Assembly (NCBI GenBank): GCA_951406725.2
Contig: OX597833.1
Location: forward strand, 3,596,001-3,660,000
Reading direction: 5' to 3'
DNA: 64,000 bases
Source: Octopus vulgaris
Taxonomy: Eukaryota
Position 1 is the first letter of the stretch. Every line of letters starts with the position of its first letter. Under the pieces are notes generated by a model. The model was given only the letters and a program-made list of their open reading frames with translations, ran no database searches and was not told the origin of the DNA. Made by a program: the position numbers and the translations under genes. This document shows positions 61,260 through 64,000 of this stretch, one piece after another.

Positions 61260-63533
61260 TTATGAATCAAAGTCAGGCCAAAAAGAGACATGGATCTTGC
61301 GTAGTTTACTATCAAATAACTTCAAAAGCCAACGATCCAAACCTTGCAGAGGTCCACCTTCTAGAAGTGGTTTAACAATTAATTCATTATGTTCTTTCTC
61401 GCTTTCCGACTCTGTGGCGGTGCCATGCAGCTGTTGTAAGCCTCTGGATGTGCTCTTTGCATGGTAGATGTAATAGTACTGGCGGTAACCGTTAATGGCC
61501 AACACCGTGCCGATGCAGTTGCGAATGTTAATGTTACAAAGTTGAACTCGGTTGTCGATGCTTTCTTCAAGTAAGTGTCGGTACCATGCTAAATATTGGT
61601 CGAGATCTAAATAAGAGAAAGTCAGCACGTTCGAATGAGAATATTCTCTCATTAGCTTCCGGAAAGAATTCAATATATCTTCCTTATCATCATCTGCCAG
61701 AAGTACAAGTATGGTGAAACCTGGATCAGTGTCTTTGACAAGCATGTCGTAGGTCTCGGGACAGAGTTCATAAAGAACCATAGTGTTGTCCGGGCTTTTT
61801 AAAGCCAGTCTCTTGTTTTTGATGTACAGTGGTCTAGGCCTTATTTTGGGCTGTTGCTGCATCACTTTTTCCATTTCCGTGTTAAGCATCCGACGCATCA
61901 ACAATCCGACAAAGAAGACAGAGAGAAGAGCAATAACAATGCTGAACCATGTCGTGAAATCATAATGTTTGAAATAGCCTAGCAGGCGATTAAACCAGTC
62001 GAAAAACTTGTGAAGGATTCTTACCATTAGACTCAACGTGTGTTCATTGTGGAAGTCAGGCAAGGTAGCAGTGTAGTGTAGAATATTAGAACTGGCAAAC
62101 AACTCTTCTAGACGTTTCTCAAGGTTCTGGCATGTTATCTGGTTATGGATGTCGTTACCACTCCATCCAGGTTCCACCCATTCATAGTTCATGTGGTGTT
62201 TGTCCATGCGCCACAGAATGGCCAGCTTCAGTGTCGAAGGGTTTGAATGCGTCTGGTTCCCATCCATGAGGGCGCTGACGAAACGGCGCTGTGTTTCTTC
62301 GTAGAGGTACATAAATTTCACCTTGTTTTCGAAAGTCGGGGCCCGCTCGACGTAGTTTCGAAACTGTGAACGGTACCTGTTATGTTCGTCGGTCTTCTTG
62401 CTGACTAGAATCACACACAGTTTTCGACGTTTGGGTCTGATCTCAATGGGACACAATTCATCAAAGAATATTTGCGACGAGAGGCGAGGTAAAGTGAGGT
62501 ATTGGTTAGCATCCATCACTTCGTTGATGCTGTCCGAAGACAAAGTATTCATCGTGACAATTGCAACACTCGTGTTACTGTCTTCACCAACCATCAAAAG
62601 ACTTTCTTTAGCCTTGTTTACATTAAAACGATCCAGTATTCCTAAAACATTAGAGCTTCGGGTGTTGACATAACCGGATGCGATTTTCTCACGGTGGGCG
62701 AAAGCCGACATTAAGAACCTCAACGGCGGTTTCTCTTTCGGGGCGAAAAATAAGGCTCTCATTCGGTTATCAGACCACCCGAGTAGGAAATCTTTGAAGT
62801 TATTATCGCTCAGTGTTTTCAAGGTTTTCGGAGGTTCAAACAGATTTCGAACAAAATCGCGAAGTGCTTGTTTGGTAACGTGGCCCTTAAAGTAAGTTAC
62901 CCGACCATTGACAATAGCCATGATCTGAGGAATTTCATGGATACGCAAATTACTGCCCAGCACACGGTTCGATGTCACATGGATGGTTCCTACTCCAATT
63001 CCAAGTTGTTCCTGGTCTTTGATGAATTTTTCGATCAAAGGCTCGATATGTCGACAGATGTGGCAAGTGTCACCATATGCATAAAGAAAATAAGGTCTTC
63101 GATAGCTTTCTGGAAGAATTCGGACATCGTAGAACTCGTGGGTTATCATGTGTTTATCGATAATCGATTCAGCTCCAAAATTGAACACCCGAGATCCAGG
63201 TGGCCCCGGTTTCTGATACCTGGCATAGTTCCTTTGTATATGATTGTCATGAGATGCTACGTAACCGTGTTGGTCGTAGATCGACCGCCGTTCCGGATGG
63301 CCTAACGTTTGGTACGCCTCGTTGATTTTGGTAAATCTAAACACAGCAGCAGGATCTTTGTTCTTGTCAGGGTGCCACATCTTCACCAAGTACTTATAAG
63401 CCTTCCTGATGTCTTGGTTGCTCGCGTGTCTGTTTACTCCGAGCACATCGTACGGATTATCAGCAGAACCAAAACTCGAAATAATTACGATCATCAGAGG
63501 TAAAAACATGAGGGAAACCAATATTTTCTTCAT
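61260..63533 (-). CDS. DNAJC16: DnaJ homolog subfamily C member 16 (ERdj8-like), 757 aa, uninterrupted CDS
   Basis: Signal peptide, J-domain with HPD (WHPDKNKDP), thioredoxin-like CxxC (CHIC), LPRLSSQ.FFDELCP...CVIL motif, one transmembrane segment near residues 527-545, C-terminal GLDRWL.KL. Confidence 0.92.
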   Translation of the reverse strand: MKKILVSLMFLPLMIVIISSFGSADNPYDVLGVNRHASNQDIRKAYKYLVKMWHPDKNKDPAAVFRFTKINEAYQTLGHPERRSIYDQHGYVASHDNHIQRNYARYQKPGPPGSRVFNFGAESIIDKHMITHEFYDVRILPESYRRPYFLYAYGDTCHICRHIEPLIEKFIKDQEQLGIGVGTIHVTSNRVLGSNLRIHEIPQIMAIVNGRVTYFKGHVTKQALRDFVRNLFEPPKTLKTLSDNNFKDFLLGWSDNRMRALFFAPKEKPPLRFLMSAFAHREKIASGYVNTRSSNVLGILDRFNVNKAKESLLMVGEDSNTSVAIVTMNTLSSDSINEVMDANQYLTLPRLSSQIFFDELCPIEIRPKRRKLCVILVSKKTDEHNRYRSQFRNYVERAPTFENKVKFMYLYEETQRRFVSALMDGNQTHSNPSTLKLAILWRMDKHHMNYEWVEPGWSGNDIHNQITCQNLEKRLEELFASSNILHYTATLPDFHNEHTLSLMVRILHKFFDWFNRLLGYFKHYDFTTWFSIVIALLSVFFVGLLMRRMLNTEMEKVMQQQPKIRPRPLYIKNKRLALKSPDNTMVLYELCPETYDMLVKDTDPGFTILVLLADDDKEDILNSFRKLMREYSHSNVLTFSYLDLDQYLAWYRHLLEESIDNRVQLCNINIRNCIGTVLAINGYRQYYYIYHAKSTSRGLQQLHGTATESESEKEHNELIVKPLLEGGPLQGLDRWLLKLFDSKLRKIHVSFWPDFDS

Positions 63534-63736
63534 CGTGTTTGAGTTTTTCTTATAAAATATACTCGTATAGTACAGTACCTCTGTGTTTCGAAGGTGTCAA
63601 ACTGGCGAATACCCCGTCCAAAGTACCCGAGGTGGCTGATGACATTTAAATTCCAGCGGAGGAGGGGAAATATCAACAATCGATTCAAAGTAAAAGTCAG
63701 TTATCTGCCCTTAGTTACCAGTTCTTCTCACCAGGT

Positions 63737-63745
63737 CACTTCCGG
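63737..63745 (-). promoter_or_regulatory. ETS-type motif CCGGAAGTG about 200 bp upstream of the DNAJC16 ATG
   Basis: Exact consensus at a plausible promoter position. Confidence 0.4.
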
Positions 63746-64000
63746 TTTATTTCGAATTGTCTTTTTTGGAATTTTGGAATAAAAAATTGGTTTTTAGAAA
63801 GAAAAAAAAAGAAAAAAAAGAACTTTCTTTCTTCATATAACAGAACTTAAAATTCTTCTTACATAATATGCATCTATCCTTTTTTTATCAATAATTTTTG
63901 TATGAAAAAAATGTAATCGAAAATGAAACTAACATTTCCAAAAAAACATAACATAATTTTCTTTAATTATCGAAACGTGCAAATAAATAAATAAATAAAT

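Overview
Eukaryotic, AT-rich, repeat-dense animal DNA. The SINE families, microsatellite load and single-exon multi-C2H2 gene point to a coleoid cephalopod, probably an octopus (inference, not verified). Three protein-coding genes are clear, and each has an uninterrupted CDS: an 18-finger C2H2 zinc-finger gene (3255-5033, -), IFT52 (46044-47357, +) and DNAJC16 (61260-63533, -). The rest is mostly four SINE-type families, CR1 and RTE LINE 3' fragments, a Tc1/mariner remnant, several MITE families, microsatellites and long GA/CT tracts. Main observations: (1) a complete canonical type I hammerhead ribozyme at 28471-28522, head-to-head with a degenerate inverted copy, plus minimal hammerhead-like motifs in Penelope-like ends; (2) an inverted ~120-bp copy of IFT52 coding sequence in its probable 5'-UTR intron, differing mostly at synonymous sites; (3) a three-finger periodic recognition code in the zinc-finger protein that predicts binding to GGAGAGNAA-like repeats; (4) a 28S rRNA fragment abutting a SINE head; (5) Merlin-like MITEs carrying telomeric repeats; (6) many foldback palindromes. 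Repeat coordinates were read by eye and are approximate.
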